A stretch of DNA of 64,000 bases from Methylocaldum sp. (GCF_035627495.1 NZ_DASPLO010000012.1:591-64590); one strand, 5' to 3'. Positions 17,286 through 26,872 are shown, counted from the stretch's first letter. A program made the numbers and translations. Notes: a model not told the origin generated them from the letters alone.

Positions 17286-19502
17286 ATGAAAGCTGTCAGG
17301 TGCATCCTGCTTGTTTTGTTGGCGGCCATGGCTCCCGCGGTGTTGGCGGAACCCGGGAAGCGCGAATGCCGGTTCCCGGAGGACCCGTCTTATCCGGGGA
17401 ACATTTTCGAGCCGCCGGCATGGCCTGTGACGGACCTCGAAACGTACGCGCGAGGTCGGCTAGGCGTGATCAAGCCGACCTACGATCATTTTTACCTGTT
17501 CATCGCCTATCGAAGCTTGGCTGGCTTGCCGATCACGCAGAACGACATAGAACGGCTCCGTCCCCACGATCCCTGCTGGTACACGGATGCACGCGCATTC
17601 TTCCACTATGAACCGACTGCCGAGGATAAATTCCAGTCTGCCTTGAGCAGCTGGCTGGATGTGCGGGCAAAGGTCGGCGCGCTTCCCGAAGTTCCGACGA
17701 TCGAAGCCCGTGCGTCTCACCCTGAATACAGCTTCGTGGAATTTCTGAATTGTCACGCGGATGCGTTCAGAAACGCGGCCACGGTATTGAACAGCCTCTT
17801 GTCGACCTATGGGCAAAGCCCGGAAGTGCTCGACTGGGTTAAAGCTCAGGATCAGGTATTCGCCAATTGTGCGGCGCCGTCCGGTCAGCCTGCCGATGCG
17901 CCCGCGTCCGCGCCGAAATGGTTACGGCTGGATCGGGACTATCAAAAGGCCGCCGCTTATTTTTATGCCGGACGATATGACGAGGCGGTCAAGCAATTCG
18001 ACGCCATTGCCATGACCGCCGATTCGCCATGGCGCGAAATTGCTCCCTATCTGGCGGCTCGTGCCGTTATCCGGTCGACCACCACTCAACAGCCGCCACA
18101 AGGCGGCTCCCTAGATCCCCAGAAGCTGGCCGAGGCCGAATCCCGCCTGAAAGCACTCCTGGACAAACCCGTCGGAGATGAACTGCGCAAGGACGTTGGG
18201 CGATTGCTGCAGTTCGTACAGCTTCGAACGCGACCGGACGAAGTTTTGCGTCGTCTCGACAGCGAACTGACGGCAAGCGAACTGCCGGATTTGATCGGGC
18301 AGGATGTGACCGACTATTGGATGGCCTACACCAAAGGGGAAGGCGAGGAATCGCCGTTGCCGTTCGCGTCGTGGTTGTCGGCCATGCGTCGTGGCAGTGA
18401 CGCGGCCGGAGCTATCGAGCGGTGGCGGGAGAATCGTCAGTTACCTTGGTTGGTTGCCGCACTTCAATCGGCCGGGCCGGACACTCCCGGACTCGATGGA
18501 ATCCTGGCCGATGCGGAAAAAATCCCTCCAGGCTCGGCTGCCTATTTGACGGTGCGGTATCACTTGGCGCGGCTGACCGGCGATCACGCGACAGCCATCG
18601 GTATTATCGACGATGTACTCAAGCTGCCGAACGGATCGGTCGGCATTCAGGATTCCAACGCGTTTAGGCGCATAGGGCTCGCACGGGCCGCAACGATCGC
18701 CGAGTTCGCCCGCTTCGCCCCTCGCACCAGTGCCATGTCGATATATGGGATTCCTCCCACGATCGACAGCGACTCGGTACGCATCTTCAACGAGGGGCTT
18801 CCGCTCGATGAACTGGCGCAAATCGCAGCCATGAAGAAACTGCCGGACAAGTTTCGCCACGAGCTGACGCTAGTGGTCTGGACGCGCGCATTCGTTCTCG
18901 AACGCTGGGATGTGCTAAGGCGATTCGCGCCCCGAATCAAACGCCTGATCCCCGAATCGGGAAATCTGGTCGACGATATGCTTCGAGGATCGAACGGAAA
19001 CAGGCGCCGGGCCGTCGGTGCCATGCTGGTCGCGCGCTATCCAGGCATGGTCGGCAACATGAGCGACAAAATAACCTATTCGGTAAAGCTGGACGACTTC
19101 GCGCGGGCCAATGTGCGTCGCTCGATGGCCCAGGATGGAGAACGAGAGAACTGGTGGTGCGGCTTTCCCTCCAGTGTTTACTGGGCCGAGATGGGCTACG
19201 AAACGAGTGCGGAAGAACCGCCTCCCAAGTTTCTCTCACGAAAGTCGATCCAGGCGCTCCGGCTGGAACGACAGAAACTGCGCGAAACTCCCAATGCTAC
19301 CGATTACCTCGCCAACCTGGTTACCGCATGGGCGAGAACGGCGCCGCGCGACCCGAGATTGCCGCAGGCCTTGCACATGTTGGTACGGTCATCCCGTGGA
19401 GGGTGCGTCCGCCAATCCAACTCCGGCGCCATGTTCAGGCATCTTCATAAGTATTTCCCGGACAATCCTTGGACCAAGATCACCAAAGTTCACTACCGGT
19501 AG
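17286..19502 (+). CDS. hypothetical secreted protein, 738 aa
   Basis: Signal peptide MKAVRCILLVLLAAMAPAVLAEP. Long uninterrupted ORF at host-like GC. No recognisable motifs. Confidence 0.7.
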   Translation: MKAVRCILLVLLAAMAPAVLAEPGKRECRFPEDPSYPGNIFEPPAWPVTDLETYARGRLGVIKPTYDHFYLFIAYRSLAGLPITQNDIERLRPHDPCWYTDARAFFHYEPTAEDKFQSALSSWLDVRAKVGALPEVPTIEARASHPEYSFVEFLNCHADAFRNAATVLNSLLSTYGQSPEVLDWVKAQDQVFANCAAPSGQPADAPASAPKWLRLDRDYQKAAAYFYAGRYDEAVKQFDAIAMTADSPWREIAPYLAARAVIRSTTTQQPPQGGSLDPQKLAEAESRLKALLDKPVGDELRKDVGRLLQFVQLRTRPDEVLRRLDSELTASELPDLIGQDVTDYWMAYTKGEGEESPLPFASWLSAMRRGSDAAGAIERWRENRQLPWLVAALQSAGPDTPGLDGILADAEKIPPGSAAYLTVRYHLARLTGDHATAIGIIDDVLKLPNGSVGIQDSNAFRRIGLARAATIAEFARFAPRTSAMSIYGIPPTIDSDSVRIFNEGLPLDELAQIAAMKKLPDKFRHELTLVVWTRAFVLERWDVLRRFAPRIKRLIPESGNLVDDMLRGSNGNRRRAVGAMLVARYPGMVGNMSDKITYSVKLDDFARANVRRSMAQDGERENWWCGFPSSVYWAEMGYETSAEEPPPKFLSRKSIQALRLERQKLRETPNATDYLANLVTAWARTAPRDPRLPQALHMLVRSSRGGCVRQSNSGAMFRHLHKYFPDNPWTKITKVHYR

Positions 19503-19773
19503 GCATTCCAGCGGCACGCGCGCCCACTCCATGGCTCGATGAGTTTCAATCCAGGGTATAGAGAAATCCGGCGATATTCCTTGCATCCTGTTCGGTCATG
19601 CCCGGGTTGGGCATGGCGGTGAGCGGGTCTGCGTCCGGCGGGTTCAGAAGCCAGTGGAAAGTGAATACGGCTGGGCCGAGAAACGAACCGCAGCGATTAC
19701 ACAGCCGGCTTCATAATAATGGCTATATTTGTAAACTCACCTGCGGTGCTGACCTATCCGTTTCGGAGAAAAA

Positions 19774-20259
19774 ATGATGAGCACATCCAATATGCTGATG
19801 CTATCCGTCGCTTTGACCGTTTGCTGCCTCGGCGCAGCAGTGGCGGATGAAGGAAAGGACGAGTCTGGAAAGGGAAAGGACAGGTACTACTTAGAGAAGG
19901 ACTGGAAGGATAAGAAACACCGGGATGTTGAGAAGGACTGGAAGGATGATGGGCGTGGCTCTTACTTCCACGAGCATGGCTACACCCGTCTTGATATCCC
20001 TCCTGGACATTATCCTCCGCCGGGCGAGTGCCGCATCTGGTATCCGGATCGACCCGCCGGACACCAGCCCCCTCCCGGCAAGTGCTATCGGTTGCGCACC
20101 AAGGTTCCGCCGGGTGCCTGGCTCATCCGTCATCCGGAAGATAATGCCGAGCATGTCCATGTGATTGTCTATGACGACTATCGCCGCGGTGCCATCCGGG
20201 TAATCGGAGAGTTCGATATCGGTACGGGCGTATTTGTGGACATTGTCGTGGATAGATGA
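19774..20259 (+). CDS. small secreted protein with duplicated EKDWKD and PPG-x-C motifs
   Basis: Signal peptide, then repeats EKDWKDKKHRDVEKDWKDD and PPPGECRIWYPDRPAGHQPPPGKC. Confidence 0.6.
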   Translation: MMSTSNMLMLSVALTVCCLGAAVADEGKDESGKGKDRYYLEKDWKDKKHRDVEKDWKDDGRGSYFHEHGYTRLDIPPGHYPPPGECRIWYPDRPAGHQPPPGKCYRLRTKVPPGAWLIRHPEDNAEHVHVIVYDDYRRGAIRVIGEFDIGTGVFVDIVVDR

Positions 20260-20483
20260 TGCTCGACCCTGAACGGCTGCTCCTTTACACCGAGAAGTCA
20301 TTCGCAAGCGGCTCATTAAGGAAACACGTCATCAACCCTCCCTTTTGACTTCGATCCCATCTTTTAAAAATTGAAGGACCGCTTCTGGCGGATCTGAAAA
20401 ACGGCTTTTCTACAGCTTCGCTAGGTGTCGCGAAGGAACACAGAGGCATGGGTGACCGTCCTACAAGGAGGAGGATAGAACCA

Positions 20484-21296
20484 ATGGAACGTGTCAACCT
20501 CAACGGTGTGGACCTTGAATATGACGTGCAGGGCGCGGGGGAGCCGTTGCTGCTGATTCATGGCAGTATCTTCGCGGATGCGTTTTTCCCCCTGCTTGTC
20601 GAGCCCCGTATCGCCAACAACTATCGCGTGATCTCGTATCACCGCCGCGGCTTTGCGGGCAGCACCCATGCCGGAGACCCATTCACGATAGAGCAGCAGG
20701 CCGCTGATGGCCGTGCCCTGCTCCGACACCTCGGCATTCCCCGAGCGCATATCGCCGGGCACTCCTATGGTGCCGCCATCGCGCTGCAGTGGGCGCTCGA
20801 CGCTCCCGCAGAGGTGCAGAGCCTGGCACTTCTTGAGCCCCCACTCGTCGCGTCGGCTCCCTCAGGACCGACGTTCTGGGAAGAGATTGCGTCCGTCCGG
20901 GCGATGTATGAACGCGGGGACAAGGCGGGGGCGACCGATGCCTTCTGTGCTGGGGTGGCGGGACCAGAGTATCGTCAGGTCATCGACACGGTCTTGCCGT
21001 CTGGCGCGTTTGAGTTGGCGGTTACTGATCTCGACACCTTTTTCCAAGTCGAACTGCCAGCCTTGCACCAGTGGCGGTTCACCGCCGAGGAGGCCACGCG
21101 CATCCGACAACCCGTGCTATCGGTTGTTGGTAGCGAGACCGAGCCGGTCTTCAGAGAGAGCCATGCGCTGATCCAGCAGTGGATGCCACACGCCGAGATC
21201 CTGGTGGTGCCGCAGGCGACCCACGCGCTCCAGATGATGAATGCAAGCGGGGTTGCCGATGGCCTGGCACGTTTTTTCACCCTACACAAGCTATAA
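20484..21296 (+). CDS. alpha/beta-fold hydrolase
   Basis: ATG follows AGGAGG. HG oxyanion motif LLLIHGS, nucleophile elbow GHSYGA, and a C-terminal His (ATHAL). Confidence 0.8.
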   Translation: MERVNLNGVDLEYDVQGAGEPLLLIHGSIFADAFFPLLVEPRIANNYRVISYHRRGFAGSTHAGDPFTIEQQAADGRALLRHLGIPRAHIAGHSYGAAIALQWALDAPAEVQSLALLEPPLVASAPSGPTFWEEIASVRAMYERGDKAGATDAFCAGVAGPEYRQVIDTVLPSGAFELAVTDLDTFFQVELPALHQWRFTAEEATRIRQPVLSVVGSETEPVFRESHALIQQWMPHAEILVVPQATHALQMMNASGVADGLARFFTLHKL

Positions 21297-21496
21297 GGAG
21301 CTCGACCGTCAAGTGGAGGGTGTTCGTCCGGTGGAGATCCAGACCGGCGGTTGAGAATCCTACAGCGCGTTACCTGACGAAGGCAGGCAAGCGGCGCTCT
21401 CAGCGTCGGCTGCCTCCTGCTTTCGGGCGCACCTGATGCCCGGCGTTATGCTCCCGCTGATCCTCCGCTTTGCAACCAGCCGTTCACTTGTATTTG

Positions 21497-21775
21497 TTAA
21501 CTGGCAGGTCGTGGCCGAATGCGGTCCATCCAAGGCTGGAATGACGTTAAGCCGCAAAGATCTAACCTGCTCATCAGAAGCCGAACATCCATTTCCCGGT
21601 CCAACTGCCGCTGCGGGACGACCGGTGCGGCGGTTGGATCGGTAAGGTCCGGGTTTAGCTGATGGTTTGATAAGGCTTCTTTAGCGAGCGCCTGTTCGGG
21701 AAAGGCACCCAGCACCTTCCTGTCCGCCGTCATGAGAGGTAACTGCGACCTCCGGGCAAGCCACACGAATTCGCA
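21497..21775 (-). pseudogene. 3' remnant of a RES-domain toxin gene
   Basis: The minus frame reads AYDCEFVWLARR...VLGAFPEQALAKEALSNHQ...PQRQLDRE, parallel to the C-terminus of the intact RES toxin at 40194..40919 (...LAVLAPQPFKSVKEPYRNHQ...LQRQLDRE). A 2-nt indel removes the normal stop, and the 5' part is replaced by AT-rich DNA. Confidence 0.55.
21513..21700. repeat. direct repeat copy 1 (partner 40132-40315)
   Basis: GGCCGAATGCGGTCC..GGCTGGAATGACGTTA.GCCGCAAAGATC.AAC..GCTCATCAGAAG...CCAACTGCCGCTGC...GGTGCGGCGGTTGGATC is shared with 40132-40263 in the same orientation. Weaker similarity continues for ~60 nt. Confidence 0.8.
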
Positions 21776-22030
21776 GTCGTAAGCGCTGCAGCCGGTTTTT
21801 GAATGGTCCTGATTCAGCTTTCACGGCAATATGTGATTCACACATACCGGAATATGTAAAAAAGGTATGCAAAATTGCGTATTGGAAGACTATAGGCTTT
21901 TCGTAACTATGGTACTCGGACTGAAAATCCGAGTATGGTGATTAAGAGCTGGATTGGGTATCAAGAGCGTCCCGAACATTTTTCAATTATGGAAAGGATC
22001 GCTCGCAAATCATTAACCGGGAGGAAGACC

Positions 22031-22252
22031 ATGGAAAGAATCATTCAATCTCGTGACACAAGATCCAAAGCCAAGCAAATTTCATTGCTTTGGGCCAAGT
22101 GGCTTAGAAAAAACGGCAAGGAAGTTAAACGGGCCCAGCGAGTAGCGTTTGAATCGGATCTGGATTCCTTCTTGCGAAAGTATCCGGATTATTGGGGCGG
22201 GAATGAGATCGAGATGCGCTTAAACCCTATATCTACCGAGCATAATAATTGA
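22031..22252 (+). CDS. hypothetical small protein (73 aa)
   Basis: ATG after GGGAGGAAGACC, within a low-GC stretch. No similarity recognised. Confidence 0.35.
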   Translation: MERIIQSRDTRSKAKQISLLWAKWLRKNGKEVKRAQRVAFESDLDSFLRKYPDYWGGNEIEMRLNPISTEHNN

Positions 22253-22387
22253 ACGATCCTCGACTTTAAATCAGGAATATTCCAGTTGAAAACCCGAATA
22301 TTCCTAAGCGGCGGTCCGTGTAAATCTCCGCCGAGTACAACTACCGAGGAATAAATTTCGTTAAGACTCGTTTTAATTATCGGCCGG

Positions 22388-23353
22388 TTAATTGCGAAAA
22401 TTTTGGGTCACCATCAAGCCGCGCACGCCGCCATCCATGATGCCGATGCCGATACGCCCGAATTGCGGTCGCAAGATATTCGCGCGGTGTCCGGGTGAGT
22501 TCATCAGGCCGGTGTGCGCGAGGTGAATGCTGGGGGCGAGGGCCAGGTTTTCACCAGCGATCAGAAAGCGCACCTTGGATTCGCGCATCCGGTCAAATGG
22601 GCTTTTGTCTTCCGGGGTGTAATGAGAAAAATAACTGCGCGTGAACATGTCGGCCGAATGGCCTCGGGCGACTTCGGTCAAGGCGGGGTCAAGCTTAAGC
22701 GGCGAGAGTCCGGCCGCGGCACGTTCACGGTTGACGTATTCAAGCATTTGTTTTTCAAGCACGGGTCTCGGCTGAGGGGTTTCGACTTTAAACGGCAACG
22801 GAATGTGCTCGTTCGATTCCGGGTAAATCGTGATCCGACGATTCAGCGTATGGGTGAGCGCATCCTCGAAAATCGGCATCAGGGCCGTTGTCAGTCTTTC
22901 GGCCAAGACAGCGAAGCGGTTGGCCGTCACGCTTTCGCGGGCGTCTTCGCGTAACTGGCCGGGCAGCGGCACAACAAACAACAAAGCGGCGGCAATGGCT
23001 GCCGTTATGAGCCCGTTGGTCAATCCCGGGAGTGTGCCGAGAAGGCGATTGAGGAGCCGTCGGTGAATATCGCGTGGCAAGCGTTTAAGCAGCGCATTCC
23101 CGAGCAGCCGAATCGTCAAGCTGGTAAGCAGAACAACCAGAAAAAACGCGGCAGGTTGCCGCCACACTTCGGATAAGCCCGTTTCCGAAGCCAGCAAACC
23201 CGCCACCGGTTGATAAAAGAACCAGCCCGCGAGCAAGCTGCCCAACCAGCGCAGAAGATTGAGAAAACCCAAGATAAAACCACGCCGCCATCCGCCCCAG
23301 ACGCTGAGCAGAATCAGCAGAAAGAGAACAACGTCGATTACGTTAAAGACCAT
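22388..23353 (-). CDS. CvpA-family membrane domain fused to a CAP/SCP (YkwD-like) domain
   Basis: N-terminal TM block VIDVVLFLLILLSVWGGWRRGFILGFLNLL. The C-terminus reads NRERAAAGLSPLKLD...ARGHSADM...GENLA...GLMNSPGHRANIL. Confidence 0.75.
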   Translation of the reverse strand: MVFNVIDVVLFLLILLSVWGGWRRGFILGFLNLLRWLGSLLAGWFFYQPVAGLLASETGLSEVWRQPAAFFLVVLLTSLTIRLLGNALLKRLPRDIHRRLLNRLLGTLPGLTNGLITAAIAAALLFVVPLPGQLREDARESVTANRFAVLAERLTTALMPIFEDALTHTLNRRITIYPESNEHIPLPFKVETPQPRPVLEKQMLEYVNRERAAAGLSPLKLDPALTEVARGHSADMFTRSYFSHYTPEDKSPFDRMRESKVRFLIAGENLALAPSIHLAHTGLMNSPGHRANILRPQFGRIGIGIMDGGVRGLMVTQNFRN

Positions 23354-23576
23354 GTCGACAATCCCGTTACCGGCAAATGCAACTTAGATGTGCGTGGTGG
23401 CTGGCCTATCCAGTGCCTATCGCTGAATTTATCGACCATGCTGGCGCCCCACACGGGCTGTGCGGTAGTCCAGCGACGGTAAGATGTTTCGGCGTTGTCA
23501 AAGACGGACTAATCCGCTCCGGGGCAGTTGTCGATGCCTTATAATGCGCGCCCCAACTTATTTTTTGAGCGGAATC

Positions 23577-23918
23577 ATGTCCACTATCCCAGCTTGCCCC
23601 CAGTGCACTTTAGAGAACACCTACCCGGACGGCGACAACTATGTTTGCGCCGACTGCGGCCATGAATGGCCGATGAAGCAGACCACAGATTCAGATGACG
23701 ATGCAGGTGCGGTAGTAAGGGATGCCAACGGCAACGTGCTGGCCGACGGCGACACGGTCGTGCTGATCAAAGACCTGAAAGTTAAGGGATCGTCCATCAC
23801 GCTGAAAATGGGCACCAAGGTTAAGAGTATCCGTTTGGTCGGCGGCGATCACGAAGTGGACTGCAAGATGGATACCGGTAATTTCATGCTGAAGGCCTGC
23901 TTTTTGAAGAAGGTCTGA
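23577..23918 (+). CDS. yjdM: zinc-ribbon protein YjdM/PhnA
   Basis: MSTIPACPQCTLENTYPDGDNYVCADCGHEW...VVRDANGNVLADGDTVVLIKDLKVKGSS...LKACFLKKV is diagnostic of PhnA/YjdM. Confidence 0.9.
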   Translation: MSTIPACPQCTLENTYPDGDNYVCADCGHEWPMKQTTDSDDDAGAVVRDANGNVLADGDTVVLIKDLKVKGSSITLKMGTKVKSIRLVGGDHEVDCKMDTGNFMLKACFLKKV

Positions 23919-23954
23919 TAGACCGCCTCTGACCGGATGTGGTCCATCCAAGAG

Positions 23955-24095
23955 CACGGTAGGCTGGGTCGAGGAACGAGACCCAGCATTATTAAGGACC
24001 GCAGATGCCGGATTGCGCTGGGATTTCGCAAAGCTTCATCCCAGCCTACGGGCTTAGCACGGTAGGCTGGGATGAAGCTTTGCGAAATCCCAGCG
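23955..24095. repeat. REP-like hairpins including a perfect 34-bp inverted repeat
   Basis: GTAGGCTGGGTCGAGGAACGAGACCCAGC unit at 23959-23987. Arms 24016-24049 and 24062-24095 (CGCTGGGATTTCGCAAAGCTTCATCCCAGCCTAC) are exact reverse complements. Confidence 0.8.
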
Positions 24096-24198
24096 TTAAC
24101 CCTCCCAGACCGGGAATAAACGCTGGGTTTTCCAACTCAGCCTACGGTGCTGACGGATATCCCGAAAACAAGTCTTCCGATCCTGAAGTGAACCTCTA

Positions 24199-24360
24199 AT
24201 CCATGGCCAAGCAACAATCGAACAGACTCGGCAACGGTCGTTCTCCAGCGCTCTCAAGCTGACTTCTAAATGATCTTCCGGGAAATCCGTGCTTTTGAAG
24301 ACACGGTTGTGAAAGGCCTTCTCCCGTAGTTCGTCCTACAGGCGTTCAATCGGGTTGCGG
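24199..24360 (-). mobile_element. IS630-family transposase C-terminal remnant
   Basis: The minus frame reads RNPIERL*DELREKAFHNRVFKSTDFPEDHLEVSLRALENDRCRVCSIVAWPWI. The NPIERLW Trp codon is TAG (24336-24338). There is no N-terminal part and no inverted repeats. Confidence 0.65.
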
Positions 24361-24568
24361 CCAGGCTCTCAGAAGTCTACTGTCACGGTCGAAGCAAAAT
24401 GTTTGAGGCTCCGGTAGAGAGATCAGCATGACTAATCCTGCTAAAAGCACGAAGGCGACCGTTACTCCAGTCCTTCGATATCTAACGCGCCCGCTGCGAT
24501 CGAACGGCTATGGCGGACATTCGGTTTTGAGAAGCACTTGATTGTGCCGGTTCATGGGATCGGGACAC

Positions 24569-25837
24569 ATGGCGGATAACGACCCACAAGCCCACGGTGT
24601 CTCGGCCGAGCAGGCACGCCAGACAGTTGACGCCGTCTACCGCTCCGATTCGCGCCAGGTCTTCGCGACTCTGATTCGCTTGCTCGGCGACTTCGATCTC
24701 GCCGAGGAGGCGTTGCACGACGCCTTCAGAGCCGCGCTGGAGCAATGGCCGCGCGACGGCGTGCCCGCCAATCCGCGGGCGTGGCTAGTCTCGACCGGAC
24801 GCTTCAAGGCGATCGACGGCATACGCCGGCGCGCCCGATTCGAGCCGTTGCCGGACGATATCGATGAGCGGCTCGCGGCCGATACCGGTAAAGCGCCGGG
24901 CGACGACGGTGTCGAGGACGATCGGCTGCGGCTGATCTTCACCTGCTGCCATCCGGCCCTGTCGTCGGACGCCCAGGTGGCACTCACCTTACGCGAAGTG
25001 TGCGGCCTGACGACCGAGGAAATCGCACGCGCGTTCCTGACCGCCGCGCCCACGCTGGCCCAACGTATCGTGCGCGCCAAGGCGAAGATCCGCGAGGCGC
25101 GTATTCCTTACGAGGTGCCTTCGCTCCCCGACCTCCCCGATCGATTGGACAGCGTGCTGCGCGTGGTCTACCTGGTATTCAACGAAGGCTACTCGGCGTC
25201 ATCGGGCGAGTTGCTGACGCGCCACGATCTCTCGGGCGAGGCGATCCGCCTAGGAAGGCTGTTGATCGGACTGTTGCCGGAGCCCGAAGCGATAGGACTC
25301 CTGGCGCTGATGCTGCTGCACGAATCGAGGCGTGCCGCGCGCAGCTCGCCGGCCGGCGATCTGATCCTGCTGGACGATCAGGATCGCTCGCTCTGGAACC
25401 AAGATTACATCGCGGAAGGTTCAGCGCTGGTGGAAAGGGCCCTGTTGTCGCGCCGGTTCGGTCCGTACACGCTGCAAGCAGCGATCTCGGCCGTGCACGC
25501 CAACGCGCCCGACGCCGCGGCGACGAACTGGGCCGAGATCGTCGGACTCTACGATGTGCTGGCACGCATCGAACCATCGCCCGTGGTCGAACTGAACCGC
25601 GCCGCGGCGGTCGCGATGCGCGACGGCCCTTTAGCGGGGCTTACTCTCGTCGACGCCATCCTCGCGCGTGGCGATCTTGCGGACTATCACTTGGCGCACG
25701 CGGCGCGGGCGGACCTGTGCCGGCGACTCGGGCGAACGGCTGAAGCCCGGACGTCCTACGAACGCGCCCTCCGCCTTACCCAACAGGAGCCAGAGCGACG
25801 CTTTCTCGAGCGAAGGCTACGCGAACTGCCGGGCTGA
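24569..25837 (+). CDS. ECF sigma factor with long C-terminal extension (ECF42-like)
   Basis: Sigma-2 (VFATLIRLLGDFDLAEEALHDAF), sigma-4 (LREVCGLTTEEIARAF) and a ~230-aa helical C-terminal extension. DGPF/YciI genes follow. Confidence 0.85.
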   Translation: MADNDPQAHGVSAEQARQTVDAVYRSDSRQVFATLIRLLGDFDLAEEALHDAFRAALEQWPRDGVPANPRAWLVSTGRFKAIDGIRRRARFEPLPDDIDERLAADTGKAPGDDGVEDDRLRLIFTCCHPALSSDAQVALTLREVCGLTTEEIARAFLTAAPTLAQRIVRAKAKIREARIPYEVPSLPDLPDRLDSVLRVVYLVFNEGYSASSGELLTRHDLSGEAIRLGRLLIGLLPEPEAIGLLALMLLHESRRAARSSPAGDLILLDDQDRSLWNQDYIAEGSALVERALLSRRFGPYTLQAAISAVHANAPDAAATNWAEIVGLYDVLARIEPSPVVELNRAAAVAMRDGPLAGLTLVDAILARGDLADYHLAHAARADLCRRLGRTAEARTSYERALRLTQQEPERRFLERRLRELPG

Positions 25838-26102
25838 GCCGGCGAGCGCAGACTCAGTCTGCACTGCCCACTTCAATGGCGATAAGCGATTGAAAAGGTG
25901 GGAAAACGCCTTTTGGTTTTCGCCTCTGAAAAACGCCACGGATGACTTTTTCAGAGCTGCCCTAACTAGGGCAATCCGATCGTCTGTCTCGATGCAGGTT
26001 CAAAAAAGCATCGCGCTCGGTACTCCCGATGTCGAATTTTTCCTTCCCCGAACGACTATCCGATGTGAACGAGCTTTCCACGCCAAACCGGAGGTGTTGA
26101 CC

Positions 26103-26504
26103 ATGAAGTACCTATGCCTGATCTGCGCCGAGACCGTCATGGAGCAGATGCCAGAGGCCGATGCGGAGAAGCACTACGAGGAGTACAGCGAGTTTACCGA
26201 AACTATCAAAAGGAGCGGCCATTATCTCGGATGCAACCGGCTGCAGCCTCCACATGCCGCGATCACCGTGCGGGTACGGAACGGCAAGGTCATGACTACC
26301 GACGGCCCCTTTGTGGAGACCAAAGAACAACTCGGCGGCTATTACCTCATCGAGGCCAAGGATTTGAATGAGGCGATACAGGTGGCCTCGCGGATTCCGG
26401 GGGCCCGGATCGGGTGCGTCGAGGTGCGGCCGATCGCGGAGGACGCACGGACGCTCCAGGCGCTCGGGTTTGTCGATCCGGGTACCCGCCATTCGACTAA
26501 TTGA
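26103..26504 (+). CDS. YciI-like (DGPF) domain protein
   Basis: MKYLCLI..., TTDGPFVETKEQLGGYYLIEAKDLNEA. GGAGG lies upstream. Confidence 0.8.
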   Translation: MKYLCLICAETVMEQMPEADAEKHYEEYSEFTETIKRSGHYLGCNRLQPPHAAITVRVRNGKVMTTDGPFVETKEQLGGYYLIEAKDLNEAIQVASRIPGARIGCVEVRPIAEDARTLQALGFVDPGTRHSTN

Positions 26505-26515
26505 TGGAGGCGTCC

Positions 26516-26872
26516 ATGAAGTACCTGTTGCTGATTTACGGTGACGAGCAGGCCTGGGACGAGGCCGGGCGGGAGCAGTGTTACGAGGAATCCGCGCAGC
26601 TCGCGCGTCAGATCAAGTCGAGCGGGCAGTATCTCGCCGCTGCCCCTCTACACCCTACGTCGACGGCAACCAGCGTCCGAGTGCGCGGCGGCAAACGGCT
26701 GGTGACCGACGGTCCGTTCGCGGAGACACGCGAACAGCTCGGCGGCTATTTCCTAATCGACGCCAAAAATCTCGACGAGGCGATCGGCATCGCCGCACGG
26801 ATTCCAGGAGCACGCCTGGGCACTGTCGAGATCCGGCCGGTGATGGAAATCGCGGGTCTGCCGGCTGATTAG
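26516..26872 (+). CDS. YciI-like (DGPF) domain protein
   Basis: MKYLLLIYGDE..., VTDGPFAETREQLGGYFLIDAKNLDEA. Confidence 0.8.
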   Translation: MKYLLLIYGDEQAWDEAGREQCYEESAQLARQIKSSGQYLAAAPLHPTSTATSVRVRGGKRLVTDGPFAETREQLGGYFLIDAKNLDEAIGIAARIPGARLGTVEIRPVMEIAGLPAD

